A stretch of 64,000 nucleotides of DNA from an uncultured Acidobacteriota bacterium (GTDB lineage: Bacteria > Acidobacteriota > Thermoanaerobaculia > UBA5066): the NCBI GenBank assembly GCA_963776915.1, contig CAVZPE010000008.1:321780-385779 (forward strand). The letters are read 5' to 3'. The notes under the pieces were generated by a model. It saw only the letters and a program-made list of their open reading frames with translations. It had not been told where the DNA came from and searched no databases. This document shows, piece after piece, positions 8,259-19,474 of the stretch (position 1 is its first letter; the number at the start of each line of letters is the position of its first letter). A program made the position numbers and the translations under genes.

Positions 8259-8932
8259 ATGGCTGCGCCCGCAACCCTCCTGAGTTCCTCGGTCGGCAAG
8301 AAGATCGTCATGGCGATCACCGGGATCGTCCTGTCGGCTTCGTCCTCGGCCACATGGCCGGCAACCTCCAGGCGTTCCTCCCGAACGGGCCGGAGGCGCT
8401 CGACCACTACGGCGCGTTCCTGCGCGAGCTGCTGCACGGCACGGGCATCTGGTTCGTCCGGGGCGGTCTCCTCCTCGCGGTCGGGCTCCACATCTGGGCG
8501 TACCTGTCGCTCACGCAGAAGAGCTGGGCGGCCCGGCCGAAGGGCTACAGCGTGACGGACTTCGAGGAGGCGACGTTCGCCTCGCGCTCGATGCTCTGGA
8601 CGGGCCCCATCCTCGCGGCCTTCATCGTCTTCCACCTCCTCCACCTCACGATCGGCACCGTGCACCCGCACTTCGTCGAGGGCGAAGGTCTACCAGAACC
8701 TCGTCACGGGCCTCGCGCCCGTCCCGATCGCGCTCTTCTACGTCGTCGCGATGGGCTGCCTCGCGTTCCACCTCTGGCACGGCGCGTGGTCGATGCTCCA
8801 GACGCTCGGCCTCTCGCACCCGAAGTACCTCGCGGGCGCGGAAGGTCTTCGCCGTCGTCTTCACGATCCTCGTCACGGGCGGATTCGTCCTCGTGCCGCT
8901 CGCGGTCCTCGCCGGGCTCGTCGCTGAAGTAG
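8259..8932 (+). CDS. sdhC: succinate dehydrogenase cytochrome b558 subunit (Bacillus-type SdhC), at least 3-4 frameshifts
   Basis: The pieces MAAPATLLSSSVGKKIVMAITGIVLS, HMAGNLQAFLPNG...GLHIWAYLSLTQKSW, KVYQNLVTGLAPVPIALFYVVAMGCLAFHLWHGAWSMLQTLGLSHPKYL and KVFAVVFTILVTGGFVLVPLAVLAGL lie in different frames. The breaks are near 8335, 8684 and 8835. The exact 3' end is uncertain. Confidence 0.75.
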
Positions 8933-8944
8933 GAGGTCGCGGAC

Positions 8945-10858
<1,914 letters not shown>

Positions 10859-10862
<4 letters not shown>

Positions 10863-11632
10863 GACTGACGCTGAACGTCTGGCGCCAGAAGGACGCGAAG
10901 TCCGAGGGGCGGTTCGTCACGTACGACGCCCCGGACATCAGCCCCGACATGTCCTTCCTCGAGATGCTCGACATCGTGAACGAGCGCCTCATCCTGAAGG
11001 GCGAGGACCCGATCGCGTTCGACCACGACTGCCGCGAGGGCATCTGCGGCATGTGCAGCATCGTCGTGAACGGCAATCCTCACGGCCCGCGCCGCGGGAC
11101 GACGACCTGCCAGCTCCACATGCGGAGCTTCAAGGACGGCGACACGATCACGCTCGAGCCGTGGCGCGCGACGCCGTTCCCGATCGTCAAGGACCTCATC
11201 GTCGACCGCTCGTCGTACGACCGCATCATCGCGGCCGGCGGCTTCATCTCGGTCCCGACGGGCAGCGCCCCGGACGGCAACGCGATCCCGATCCGGAAGA
11301 GCTGCTCGGACCTCGCGATGGACGCGGCCGCGTGCATCGGCTGCGGCGCCTGCGCCGCGGCCTGTCCGAACGCCTCGGCGATGCTCTTCGTCGCGGCGAA
11401 GGTCTCGCACCTCGCGCTCCTCCCGCAGGGCCAGCCCGAGCGCTACGACCGCGTGCTCTCGATGGTCGCGCAGATGGACGCCGAGGGCTTCGGCACCTGC
11501 ACGAACCACGGCGAGTGCTCGCGCGCCTGCCCGAAGGAGATCGGGCAGGAGTTCATCGCGCAGCTGAACCGCGACTTCTTCAAGGCGACGCTCATGAGCC
11601 GCCCGAAGATCGCGGAGGGCGGCTCCGGCTAG
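10859..11632 (+). CDS. sdhB: succinate dehydrogenase iron-sulfur subunit
   Basis: The GTG at 10859 overlaps the sdhA stop (GTGA). Cluster motifs are [22 protein letters not shown] and [12 protein letters not shown]. The reading frame is intact. Confidence 0.92.
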
Positions 11633-11652
11633 ACCACGACTAGACTCCGCGC

Positions 11653-12624
11653 ATGAACGCGCGGCGGGCGGCAATCCTCATCCTGCTGCTCGCCGCGCTT
11701 CGTCTTTACGCGGCCGGCCCTCCCGGACCCGCCCCTGCCCTCCGCATCACGCTCCTCGGCACCGGCAACCCGCGCCCGATGCCGGGGCGTTACGGCCCCT
11801 CGATCCTCGTCGAGGCCGCGACGGCGCCTCCCACGCGCATCCTCGTCGACGCCGGCCGCGGCGCGGCCGAGCGCCTCTTCACGGCCGGCGGCCGCGATCT
11901 CCTCTCCGGCATCGACCTCGTCCTCCTCACGCACCTGCACTCCGACCACGTGGTCGGGCTCCCGGACGTGTGGCTGACGGGATGGCTGTTCGGCAGGGCG
12001 AGGGCGCTTTCCGTGAAGGGTCCGGAAGGGACGGCCGCGATGATGGGACACCTCGAGAAGGCCTTCGAATTCGACGTGAAGACGAGAAGAGACGTCGACG
12101 AGAAATTGCCCGGCGCGGGGGTCTCCGTCGACGCGCAGGACGTGCGGCCCGACGCGCCCTTCGAAGTCTCCGGCGTGAGGGTCACGCCCTTTCTGGTGGA
12201 CCACGGACCCGTGAAACCCGCGTACGGCTACCGGATCGACTACGCCGGCAGGTCGGTCGTCCTCTCGGGTGACACGCGGTACTCCGAGAACCTGATCGCG
12301 CACGCGAAGGGCTGTGACGTCCTCGTCCACGAGGTGGTCGCGCCCGAGGTCGAGCGCCGCGCGAGCGTGATGAGGGACGCCGTGCTCACCCAGCGAATCA
12401 TCGACCACCACACGACGCCCGAGGACGCCGGCCGCGTCTTCACGGCCGTCAGGCCGAAGCTCGCCGTCTACTCCCACATCGTCCCGTCGCCCACGACCGC
12501 GAAGGACCTCGAAGGCCCGACCCGCAAGACCTGGGCGGGGCCGCTGCTCGTGGGGGAGGACCTGACGGTGATCGAGGTGGGGGAGAAGGTCGTCGTCCGG
12601 CCGGGGACGCGGCCGGCGCGCTGA
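11653..12624 (+). CDS. MBL-fold metallo-hydrolase (RNase Z/BN-like) with signal peptide
   Basis: LTHLHSDHVVG (HxHxDH motif), LGTGNPRP, and VLVHEV...DHHTTPEDA. The N-terminus is hydrophobic (AAILILLLAALRLYAA). Confidence 0.85.
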   Translation: MNARRAAILILLLAALRLYAAGPPGPAPALRITLLGTGNPRPMPGRYGPSILVEAATAPPTRILVDAGRGAAERLFTAGGRDLLSGIDLVLLTHLHSDHVVGLPDVWLTGWLFGRARALSVKGPEGTAAMMGHLEKAFEFDVKTRRDVDEKLPGAGVSVDAQDVRPDAPFEVSGVRVTPFLVDHGPVKPAYGYRIDYAGRSVVLSGDTRYSENLIAHAKGCDVLVHEVVAPEVERRASVMRDAVLTQRIIDHHTTPEDAGRVFTAVRPKLAVYSHIVPSPTTAKDLEGPTRKTWAGPLLVGEDLTVIEVGEKVVVRPGTRPAR

Positions 12625-12720
12625 CGCGGACACGGCGCGTCGCGCCGGTTCGCCGGACCCATGCAGATGCTTCAGTGCGTGCCGGGTGCGTCGTGACCCA
12701 ATAATCCCGGGGAGACTCTC

Positions 12721-14397
12721 GTGGACACCACAGGCGCCGCGGCCCGGATGCAGGAGAACCTCGTCGGTCTCCTCGCGGAGAGCGTGCGCCGCAACTGGAC
12801 GCGTCCCGCCGTCGCGGACTGGGAAGGCGCCGGGCTGACGTACGGGCAGGTCGCCGACGAGATCGCGCGGCTGCACGAGATCTTCCGGACCTGCCACGTC
12901 GCCCCGGGCGACAAGATCGCGCTCCTGGGACGGAACTCGGCGAGCTGGGCGGTCGTCTGGCTCGCCGCCGTGACGTACGGGGCGGTGATCGTCCCCATCC
13001 TTCCCGACTTCCGTCCCGACGACGTCCACCACATCGTGAATCACTCCGACGCCGTGCTCTTCTTCGTCGCGGACGCCCTCTTCGCGCCCCTCGACCCCGC
13101 GCAATTGCGCGACGTCGGAGCCATCCTCTCGCTGGCGGATTACCGGCCTCTCCACTGCCGGAAGGACAGCCTCGAGAAGAGCCTCGAGGCCGCCGCGCGA
13201 TCTCCCCGCGGCCGGCGCTTCCCGGATCCGGAGCACTTCCTTCTCCCGGAGGTCGAGAGCAGCCGCCTCGCGGCGATCGTCTACACGTCGGGGACGACCG
13301 GCTTCTCGAAGGGCGTGATGCTTCCGCACCGGAGCCTCCTCGCGAACGTCGTGTTCGCGCAGGAGAACATGCCGCTCGAGCCGGGCGACACGATCGTGTC
13401 GTTCCTGCCCCTCGCGCACGCGTTCGGCCTCGCCTTCGAGTTCCTGTTCCCGTTCACGTCGGGGTGCGCGATCACGTTCCTCGCCCAGACGCCCTCGCCG
13501 AAGGTCATCCTGGACGCGTTCGGCGCCGTGCGCCCCCGCCTGATCCTCTCGGTGCCCCTCGTGATCGAGAAGATCTACGCCAAGAGGCTCGCGCCCGCGC
13601 TGGAGAAGGAGACGACGAAGCTCCTGATGAAGATCCCGCCGGTGAGGCGGATCCTCCTCCGGAAGATCAAGGACAAGCTCGTCGCGGTGTTCGGCGGGCG
13701 CTTCCGGGAGATCGTCATCGGCGGGGCCGCGCTGAACGGCGACGTGGAACGCTTCTTCCGGGCGATCGACTTCCCGTTCACGTGCGGGTACGGGATGACC
13801 GAGTGCGGGCCCCTGATCAGCTATTCCGGATGGCACGACCACAGGCTGGGCGGCGTCGGAAAGAAGGTCGACACGCTCGAGGTGAGGATCGACTCGGCGG
13901 ACGCGCAGCGCGTCCCCGGGGAGATCCTCGTCCGCGGCGTCAACGTGATGGCCGGGTACTACAAGAACCCGGAGGCCACGGCGGCGGCGATCGACGCGGA
14001 CGGCTGGCTGCACACGGGCGACCTCGGGGTCGTCGACGCCGAGGGGACGATCTTCATCCGCGGGCGCTCGAAGACCGTGATCGTCGGGCCCTCGGGACAG
14101 AACATCTACCCCGAGGAGATCGAGGCGAAGCTGAACAGCCTTCCCTTCGTCGGGGAATCGCTCGTGATCGAGCGGAAGGGACGGCTCTTCGCGCTCGTCT
14201 ATCCCGACCTCGAGAGGGTCGACCTCCTCAGGATCGGCGAGCAGGACCTCGTCCAGCGGATGGAGAAGAACCGGCTCGCGGTGAACCGGATCCTCCCCCC
14301 GTACGCCACGATCTCGAGGATCGACGTCTACTCGGAGGAGTTCCAGAAGACGCCGACGAAGAAGATCAAGCGGTTCCTGTACTCCGGCGGCGCCTGA
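12721..14397 (+). CDS. AMP-dependent synthetase/ligase (long-chain acyl-CoA synthetase-like)
   Basis: GTG start. AMP-binding signature: IVYTSGTTGFSKGVMLPH; GYGMTECGP; WLHTGDLG; PTKKIKR near the C-terminus. Confidence 0.9.
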   Translation: MDTTGAAARMQENLVGLLAESVRRNWTRPAVADWEGAGLTYGQVADEIARLHEIFRTCHVAPGDKIALLGRNSASWAVVWLAAVTYGAVIVPILPDFRPDDVHHIVNHSDAVLFFVADALFAPLDPAQLRDVGAILSLADYRPLHCRKDSLEKSLEAAARSPRGRRFPDPEHFLLPEVESSRLAAIVYTSGTTGFSKGVMLPHRSLLANVVFAQENMPLEPGDTIVSFLPLAHAFGLAFEFLFPFTSGCAITFLAQTPSPKVILDAFGAVRPRLILSVPLVIEKIYAKRLAPALEKETTKLLMKIPPVRRILLRKIKDKLVAVFGGRFREIVIGGAALNGDVERFFRAIDFPFTCGYGMTECGPLISYSGWHDHRLGGVGKKVDTLEVRIDSADAQRVPGEILVRGVNVMAGYYKNPEATAAAIDADGWLHTGDLGVVDAEGTIFIRGRSKTVIVGPSGQNIYPEEIEAKLNSLPFVGESLVIERKGRLFALVYPDLERVDLLRIGEQDLVQRMEKNRLAVNRILPPYATISRIDVYSEEFQKTPTKKIKRFLYSGGA

Positions 14398-14444
14398 GCC
14401 GGGCGCCTCCCGTCGCCGGGGCGCCGGTTCGATACGATGTCCGG

Positions 14445-16571
14445 ATGAGACACGCCCTCGCCGCCGTCCTCGCCCTCGGCGCCCTTCCGGCCGCGGCCCA
14501 GCCGGCCACGCCGAAGATCCCGGTGACGGACACGTACCACGGCGTCAGGGTCGTGGACGACTACCGCTGGCTCGAGAACGGCTCGAACCCGAAGGTCAAG
14601 GCGTGGAGCGACGCGCAGAACGCCCACGCGCGGAAGTTCCTCGACCGCATCCCGGGCCGCAAGGCGCTCGCCGCGCGCATCGAGCACCTCGTCACGGCGC
14701 GCCCGGCCTCGATCGGGTCTCCCGTCGTGCGCGGCGGAAAGACGTTCGCCGTGTGCTCCGATCCGGCCCGCAAGCAGCAGCCCTGGATCGTCCTGCTGCC
14801 CTCTCTCGCGAGCGCGGACGGGATGCGAACGCTCGTCGACCCGAATGCGCTCGACCCGAGCGGCCGCACGGCCTTCGACTGGTTCGTGCCGTCTCCAGAC
14901 GGCAGCCGGATCGCGGTCTCGCTCTCGCAGGGCGGAAGCGAGGCGGGGACGCTGCACGTCTTCGACGTCGCGACCGGCCTCGAGACCGGCGACGTGATTC
15001 CTCTCGTCCAGAAGGGGACGGCCGGCGGCAGCGCGGCCTGGGCGGCCGACGGCAAGGGCCTCTGGTACACGCGCTACCCCCACGAGGGCGAGCGGGCGAA
15101 GGAGGACCTCGACTTCTACCAGCAGGCCTGGTTCCACGAGCTCGGCAGGCCGGTCGGGGAGGACCGGTACGCGTTCGGCAAGGACCTGCCGCGGATCGCC
15201 GAGATCTTCCTGCGTGCGAGCGAGGACGGGCGGCGGCACCTCGCCCTCGTCCAGAACGGCGACAGCGGCGATTTCGCCCTCTGGGTCCTGCCGGAGGGCG
15301 GCGCGGCCTGGCGGAGCGTGAGCACGTTCGCCGACGGCATCGTCGACGCGCGCTTCGGTCCGGACGGGTCGATCTGGGCGATCTCGAAGAAGGGCGCGCC
15401 GAGGCGGCAGGTCCTGAGGCTCCCCGCGGACGATCTCGCGCTGGGCGCGGCCCGGACCGTGCTGGCCCCGCGCGCGGGCGTCCTCGAGGCGATCGCGCCC
15501 GGGCGCTCGCGCCTCTACGCGGTCGAGGCGCTCGGCGGGAAGAGCCGCGTCCGCGCCTACGACCTCGACGGGACCTTCCTCGAGGAGCTGCCGGCGCCGG
15601 CGATCTCCGCGGCGGGGCACCTCGAGGCGCTCGACGGCGACCGCGTCTTCTACGGCGTCTCGACGTTCCTGACGCCGTACACCGGGTGGCTGTACGACCC
15701 GGCGACGAAGAGCGCCGCGCGCACCGTCGTCGGGAACCGGGCCGTCGCGGACTTCTCGGACGCCGAGGTCGTCGAGGAGAGCACGCTCTCGAAGGACGGG
15801 ACCCGGGTCCCGATGTTCATCCTCCAGCCGAAGGGCACGAGAAGGGATGGCCGCAATCCGGTCGTCCTCACCGGCTACGGCGGCTTCGGGATCTCGACGA
15901 CGCCCGCGTACAGCGACCTCGCGCACGTCTACACGGAACGCGGCGTCGTCCTCGTCACCGCGATCCTGCGCGGCGGCGGCGAGTTCGGAGAGGAGTGGCA
16001 CGACGCCGGCCGCCTCACGAGGAAGCAGAACGTCTTCGACGACTTCCTCGCCTGCGCGCACCGGCTGGTCGAGCTCGGCTACACGAAGCCCGAACGGCTC
16101 GCGATCGAGGGCGGGTCGAACGGCGGCCTCCTGATGGGGGCCGCGCTCACGCAGGCGCCGAAGCTCTTCCGCGCCGTCGTCTCCCACGTCGGCATCTACG
16201 ACATGCTGCGCGTCGAGGCCTCCTCGAACGGCCAGTTCAACACCGTGGAGTACGGGACGGTGAAGGTCCCGGACCAGTTCAAGGCCCTGTACGCGTACTC
16301 GCCGTACCACCACGTGAAGAACGGCACGCGCTACCCGTCCGTCCTCATGCCCACGGGAGCGAACGACCCGCGCGTCGACCCGATGCAGTCGCGCAAGATG
16401 ATCGCGCGCCTCCAGGCCGCGGACCCGAAGGGGACGTTCCTTCTCCGGACGAGCGGGTCGACGGGCCACGGCGGCATCGGCGCGAGCGTCGCGGACGTGG
16501 TGTCGCTCGCGACGGACGTCGACGCGTTCGTGCTCTCCCAGCTCGGCGTCCCGCTCGCGGGGAAGCGCTGA
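14445..16571 (+). CDS. prolyl oligopeptidase (S9A) with signal peptide
   Basis: ATG at 14445 (MRHALAAVLALGALPAAAQ). DDYRWLEN sits at the N-terminus. The catalytic serine lies in EGGSNGGLLMG. C-terminal DPRVDP and STGHGG complete the triad context. This gene is the C-terminal part of track ORF 13464..16571. Confidence 0.9.
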   Translation: MRHALAAVLALGALPAAAQPATPKIPVTDTYHGVRVVDDYRWLENGSNPKVKAWSDAQNAHARKFLDRIPGRKALAARIEHLVTARPASIGSPVVRGGKTFAVCSDPARKQQPWIVLLPSLASADGMRTLVDPNALDPSGRTAFDWFVPSPDGSRIAVSLSQGGSEAGTLHVFDVATGLETGDVIPLVQKGTAGGSAAWAADGKGLWYTRYPHEGERAKEDLDFYQQAWFHELGRPVGEDRYAFGKDLPRIAEIFLRASEDGRRHLALVQNGDSGDFALWVLPEGGAAWRSVSTFADGIVDARFGPDGSIWAISKKGAPRRQVLRLPADDLALGAARTVLAPRAGVLEAIAPGRSRLYAVEALGGKSRVRAYDLDGTFLEELPAPAISAAGHLEALDGDRVFYGVSTFLTPYTGWLYDPATKSAARTVVGNRAVADFSDAEVVEESTLSKDGTRVPMFILQPKGTRRDGRNPVVLTGYGGFGISTTPAYSDLAHVYTERGVVLVTAILRGGGEFGEEWHDAGRLTRKQNVFDDFLACAHRLVELGYTKPERLAIEGGSNGGLLMGAALTQAPKLFRAVVSHVGIYDMLRVEASSNGQFNTVEYGTVKVPDQFKALYAYSPYHHVKNGTRYPSVLMPTGANDPRVDPMQSRKMIARLQAADPKGTFLLRTSGSTGHGGIGASVADVVSLATDVDAFVLSQLGVPLAGKR

Positions 16572-16574
16572 GCC

Positions 16575-17552
16575 GTGAACAACCCCGAGTCGTTGCTCAC
16601 GCTCTCGCGCGCGTTCCAGGAGAGCCGCGTTCTCCTCACGGGCGCCGAGCTGAACCTCTTCACGCCCCTCTCGAAGGAGGTGCTGACGGCCGACGCCCTC
16701 GCCGCGAGGCTCGGCGCGGATCCGCGGGCGCTCGCCGTCGAGCTCGACGCCCTCGCGGCGATGGATCTCCTCGTCAAGGCGGACGGGACGTATCGCACGT
16801 CGCCGGACGCCGCCTGCCTCTCGGAGGACGACCCCGATTCGATCCTTCCGATGCTGCTCCACGCCGCGGCCCTCTGGGACCGCTGGACCGGCCTGACTCG
16901 CCGGATCGGCGGCACGCCGCTCTCCGAGCGGCCCCCGGCGGACGCGACGCGCGCGTTCATCGAGGCGATGCACGTCGTGTCCGCTCCCCGGGCGGCGCGG
17001 CTCGCGACGGACGTGGGGCTCGAGGGGGCGAGCCGGCTCCTGGACGTCGGCGGCGGGCCCGGCACCTACACCGCCGCGTTCCTGCGCGAGTCCCCGGGGC
17101 TCTCCGCGACGCTCTTCGACCTTCCGGCCGTCGTGGAGATCGCGCGCGAGCGGCTCTCGCGGGCCGGCCTCCTCGGGCGCGTCACGCTCGTCGCGGGCGA
17201 CTTCGAGACCGACGAGCTTCCGGGCGGGCACGACCTCGCGTGGCTGTCGGCGATCGTCCACCAGAACGGGCCTGCCCAGAACGACGCGCTCTACGGCCGG
17301 ATCCTCCACGCCCTCGTGCCCGGCGGCCGGCTCGTGATCCGCGACCACGTCATGGAGCCCGGCCGGACGCGCCCGCGCGCCGGCGCCCTGTTCGCCGTCA
17401 ACATGCTGGTCGGGACGGAGCACGGGGGCACGTACACGTTCGACGAGCTGCGGGCGGGACTCGAGCGCGCGGGTTTCGTCCGCGTCCGCCTGCTGCGCAC
17501 CGGCGACCGGATGGACGGGCTCGTGGAGGCCTTCCGCCCGGCTTCCGCGTAA
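16575..17552 (+). CDS. class I SAM-dependent O-methyltransferase (with N-terminal dimerisation/winged-helix domain)
   Basis: LLDVGGGPGTYTAAFL is the SAM motif I. The N-terminal helix-turn-helix-like region resembles plant/bacterial OMT family 2. The gene starts 3 nt after the peptidase stop. Confidence 0.85.
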   Translation: MNNPESLLTLSRAFQESRVLLTGAELNLFTPLSKEVLTADALAARLGADPRALAVELDALAAMDLLVKADGTYRTSPDAACLSEDDPDSILPMLLHAAALWDRWTGLTRRIGGTPLSERPPADATRAFIEAMHVVSAPRAARLATDVGLEGASRLLDVGGGPGTYTAAFLRESPGLSATLFDLPAVVEIARERLSRAGLLGRVTLVAGDFETDELPGGHDLAWLSAIVHQNGPAQNDALYGRILHALVPGGRLVIRDHVMEPGRTRPRAGALFAVNMLVGTEHGGTYTFDELRAGLERAGFVRVRLLRTGDRMDGLVEAFRPASA

Positions 17553-17573
17553 GGACCACGGCCCCGCCGGGAT

Positions 17574-18442
17574 CTAGATCGACCGGGAGCGCGCCTCGCG
17601 CTCCGCGGCTTCGGCCTCCTCGGAGGCCTTGCGCGCGGATGCGAGAGCGGCTTCGGCTTCGCCTCTTCGGCAGCGGCTGCGGCGAGCGCCTCCTCGAGCG
17701 ACTTCCTCCGGCGCCGGCTCGCCTCGACCGCCTTCTCGGCGTCGATCCGGAGCGCGCGCGCCACTCCGCGCCTCGTTCTTCCAGTGCTGCAACGCGCTTC
17801 TCGTCGTCGCGCCGCCGCTTCTCGTTCGAGCGCGCGTTCGCGCGCAGGATTCTTCTTCGAAGAAATTTTCGGCGGTTCGATGGCGGCGTCTTCACGGACA
17901 GCGAGGGAGTCGACACGGTGCGCCGGGCCGCCGGAACGACCGCCGCCGAGGAGACCGAGCGAGGCGACCTCGTCGAAACCCGGGGCCGGGACGTCCTCGG
18001 CCAGGCGACCGGCGACGGGCCCGCCGCGCCCGCTGCCGTAGGTCGCGATCGCCTCGAGCGTGGCCGAGATGCGGCGCGACGACGTCGGGGCTCGTCGCGC
18101 GACCCGCGCCCGAGACGGCGCGCTCGGCGGCCTTCACGGCCTCGTTCAGCGCTTCGCGCCGCGTGCGCATCGCCTCCTTCACGTCGGAGGGATTCGTCCG
18201 CGAAGGCGGTCGCCCGCGGCGATGAGGGCGTCGAGGAGGCGGGGCGAGGAGAAGGCGATCTGATTGACCGCCCACGCCGCGGCCGAGGGCTTCGCGAGCG
18301 CCTTCACCCGCGCGGCGTCGTCCTTGCGGCCCGCCGCGCCGAGATTCTTCGAGAGCGCGTTGCGCGCCTCCACGAAGTCCGCCAGAGGTGCGGCGTAGAG
18401 CGCGTCCAGCTGCGCCTCGAGGTCGTCACCGGCCCTCGCCAT
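17574..18442 (-). CDS. hypothetical protein with coiled-coil C-terminus, broken by about 5 frameshifts
   Basis: The N-terminus is MARAGDDLEAQLDALYAAPLADFVEARNALSKNLGAAGRKDDAARVKALAKPSAAAWAVNQIAF. It continues in other frames as TNPSDVKEAMRTRREALNEAVKAAERAV.., ..RRISATLEAIATYGSG.., ..AEKAVEASRRRRKSLEEAL.. and ..ASARKASEEAEAAEREARSRSI. No function is recognised. Confidence 0.45.
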
Positions 18443-18501
18443 GGCCCGATTCTGGCAGGACAGCGGAGTTCGCTGCCCGCGCCGTCTCTATACTTCCGGG
18501 C

Positions 18502-19455
18502 ATGAGAAGAGCCGCGCTCGTCCTGCTCGCCGCCGCACTGTCCCTCCCCGCACGCGCCGACGACGCGCTCGGCACGCTCACCGTGAACGGGAAGACGACG
18601 ATCCTCAAGGCGGTCGCCGCCACCGAGGAGACGGACAAGGACGGGGAGAAGTGGCTCGTGATCCTCGCCTCCGACCGGAAGGTCGAGGGCGACCGCTCGA
18701 TCGCGCGCCTCGCGGAGCTGGCGAAGGACGGCCGGCTCCACGCGGTGCGCATCCTCTGGCAGGTCGGGAGCGACGCGGTACGCGCCGTTCCGTACGACGC
18801 GAACCTGCCCGAGAGCGGCCGGATGGGCCAGGAGCGCCCCACGCTCGACCTCCGGAAGTACGGCTCGGGCCGCGTCGACGCCGAGTTCAAGTCGAAGATG
18901 GTCGGCCAGTCGTGGCACTTCCACGCGAACGTGAGGGCCGCCGTCGTGCCGGGCGGCACGCTGGAGGTCGAGCCCGAGGCGGAGACGTACGGCGCGGCGG
19001 CCCCGGGCGGCGACAGGAAGCTCGAGCTCGGGAAGCTCGGCTTCGCCTACGACGAGGAGTCGTTCGGCCACGCGATCTCGGACGCGAACCTCGACGCCGT
19101 GCGCCTGTTCCTCGAGATCGGGATGTCGCCGAACGCGCACGCCAAGGGCGGGATCCACCCGATGCTGCTCGCGTCGATGGGCTGCGGCCAGGCGGACGGC
19201 AAGCCCCGCTCGGAGATCCTCGAGGCGCTCGTCCTCGCGCACGGCGACGTGAAGGCGAAGGACGAGAACGGGTCGACCGCGCTCCTGTGGGCGGTCCAGG
19301 GCGGCTGCTCGCCGTCGAGCGTCCGGGCGCTCCTGAAGGCGGGCTCGGACCCGAACGTCCGCGCCAAGGGCGGCGCGACGCCGCTCATGTTCGCGGAGAT
19401 CTTCAAGCGCACGGAGATCGCGGAGATCCTGAAGAAGGCGGGCGCGAAGAAGTAG
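18502..19455 (+). CDS. secreted ankyrin-repeat protein
   Basis: ATG at 18502 (MRRAALVLLAAALSLPARA). The C-terminal half has ankyrin repeats (GSTALLWAVQGGCSPSSVRALLKAGSDPNVRAKGGATPLMFA). Confidence 0.85.
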   Translation: MRRAALVLLAAALSLPARADDALGTLTVNGKTTILKAVAATEETDKDGEKWLVILASDRKVEGDRSIARLAELAKDGRLHAVRILWQVGSDAVRAVPYDANLPESGRMGQERPTLDLRKYGSGRVDAEFKSKMVGQSWHFHANVRAAVVPGGTLEVEPEAETYGAAAPGGDRKLELGKLGFAYDEESFGHAISDANLDAVRLFLEIGMSPNAHAKGGIHPMLLASMGCGQADGKPRSEILEALVLAHGDVKAKDENGSTALLWAVQGGCSPSSVRALLKAGSDPNVRAKGGATPLMFAEIFKRTEIAEILKKAGAKK

Positions 19456-19474
19456 GCGCGATCTCGCTCCGTCC

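Noticed and set aside
14328-17423. Very long ORFs in the track on the opposite strand or in shifted frames, for example 14328..17423(-) 1031 aa, 14603..18505(+) 1300 aa, 11629..14013(-) 794 aa, 31755..35354(-) 1199 aa, 45132..49520(+) 1462 aa and 24680..27202(-) 840 aa.
   Set aside because: Their translations are dominated by Arg, Gly, Pro, Asp and Ala with no motifs. They fully overlap ORFs that carry clear catalytic signatures and G/C-biased third positions. Stop-poor alternative frames are expected in ~70% GC DNA.
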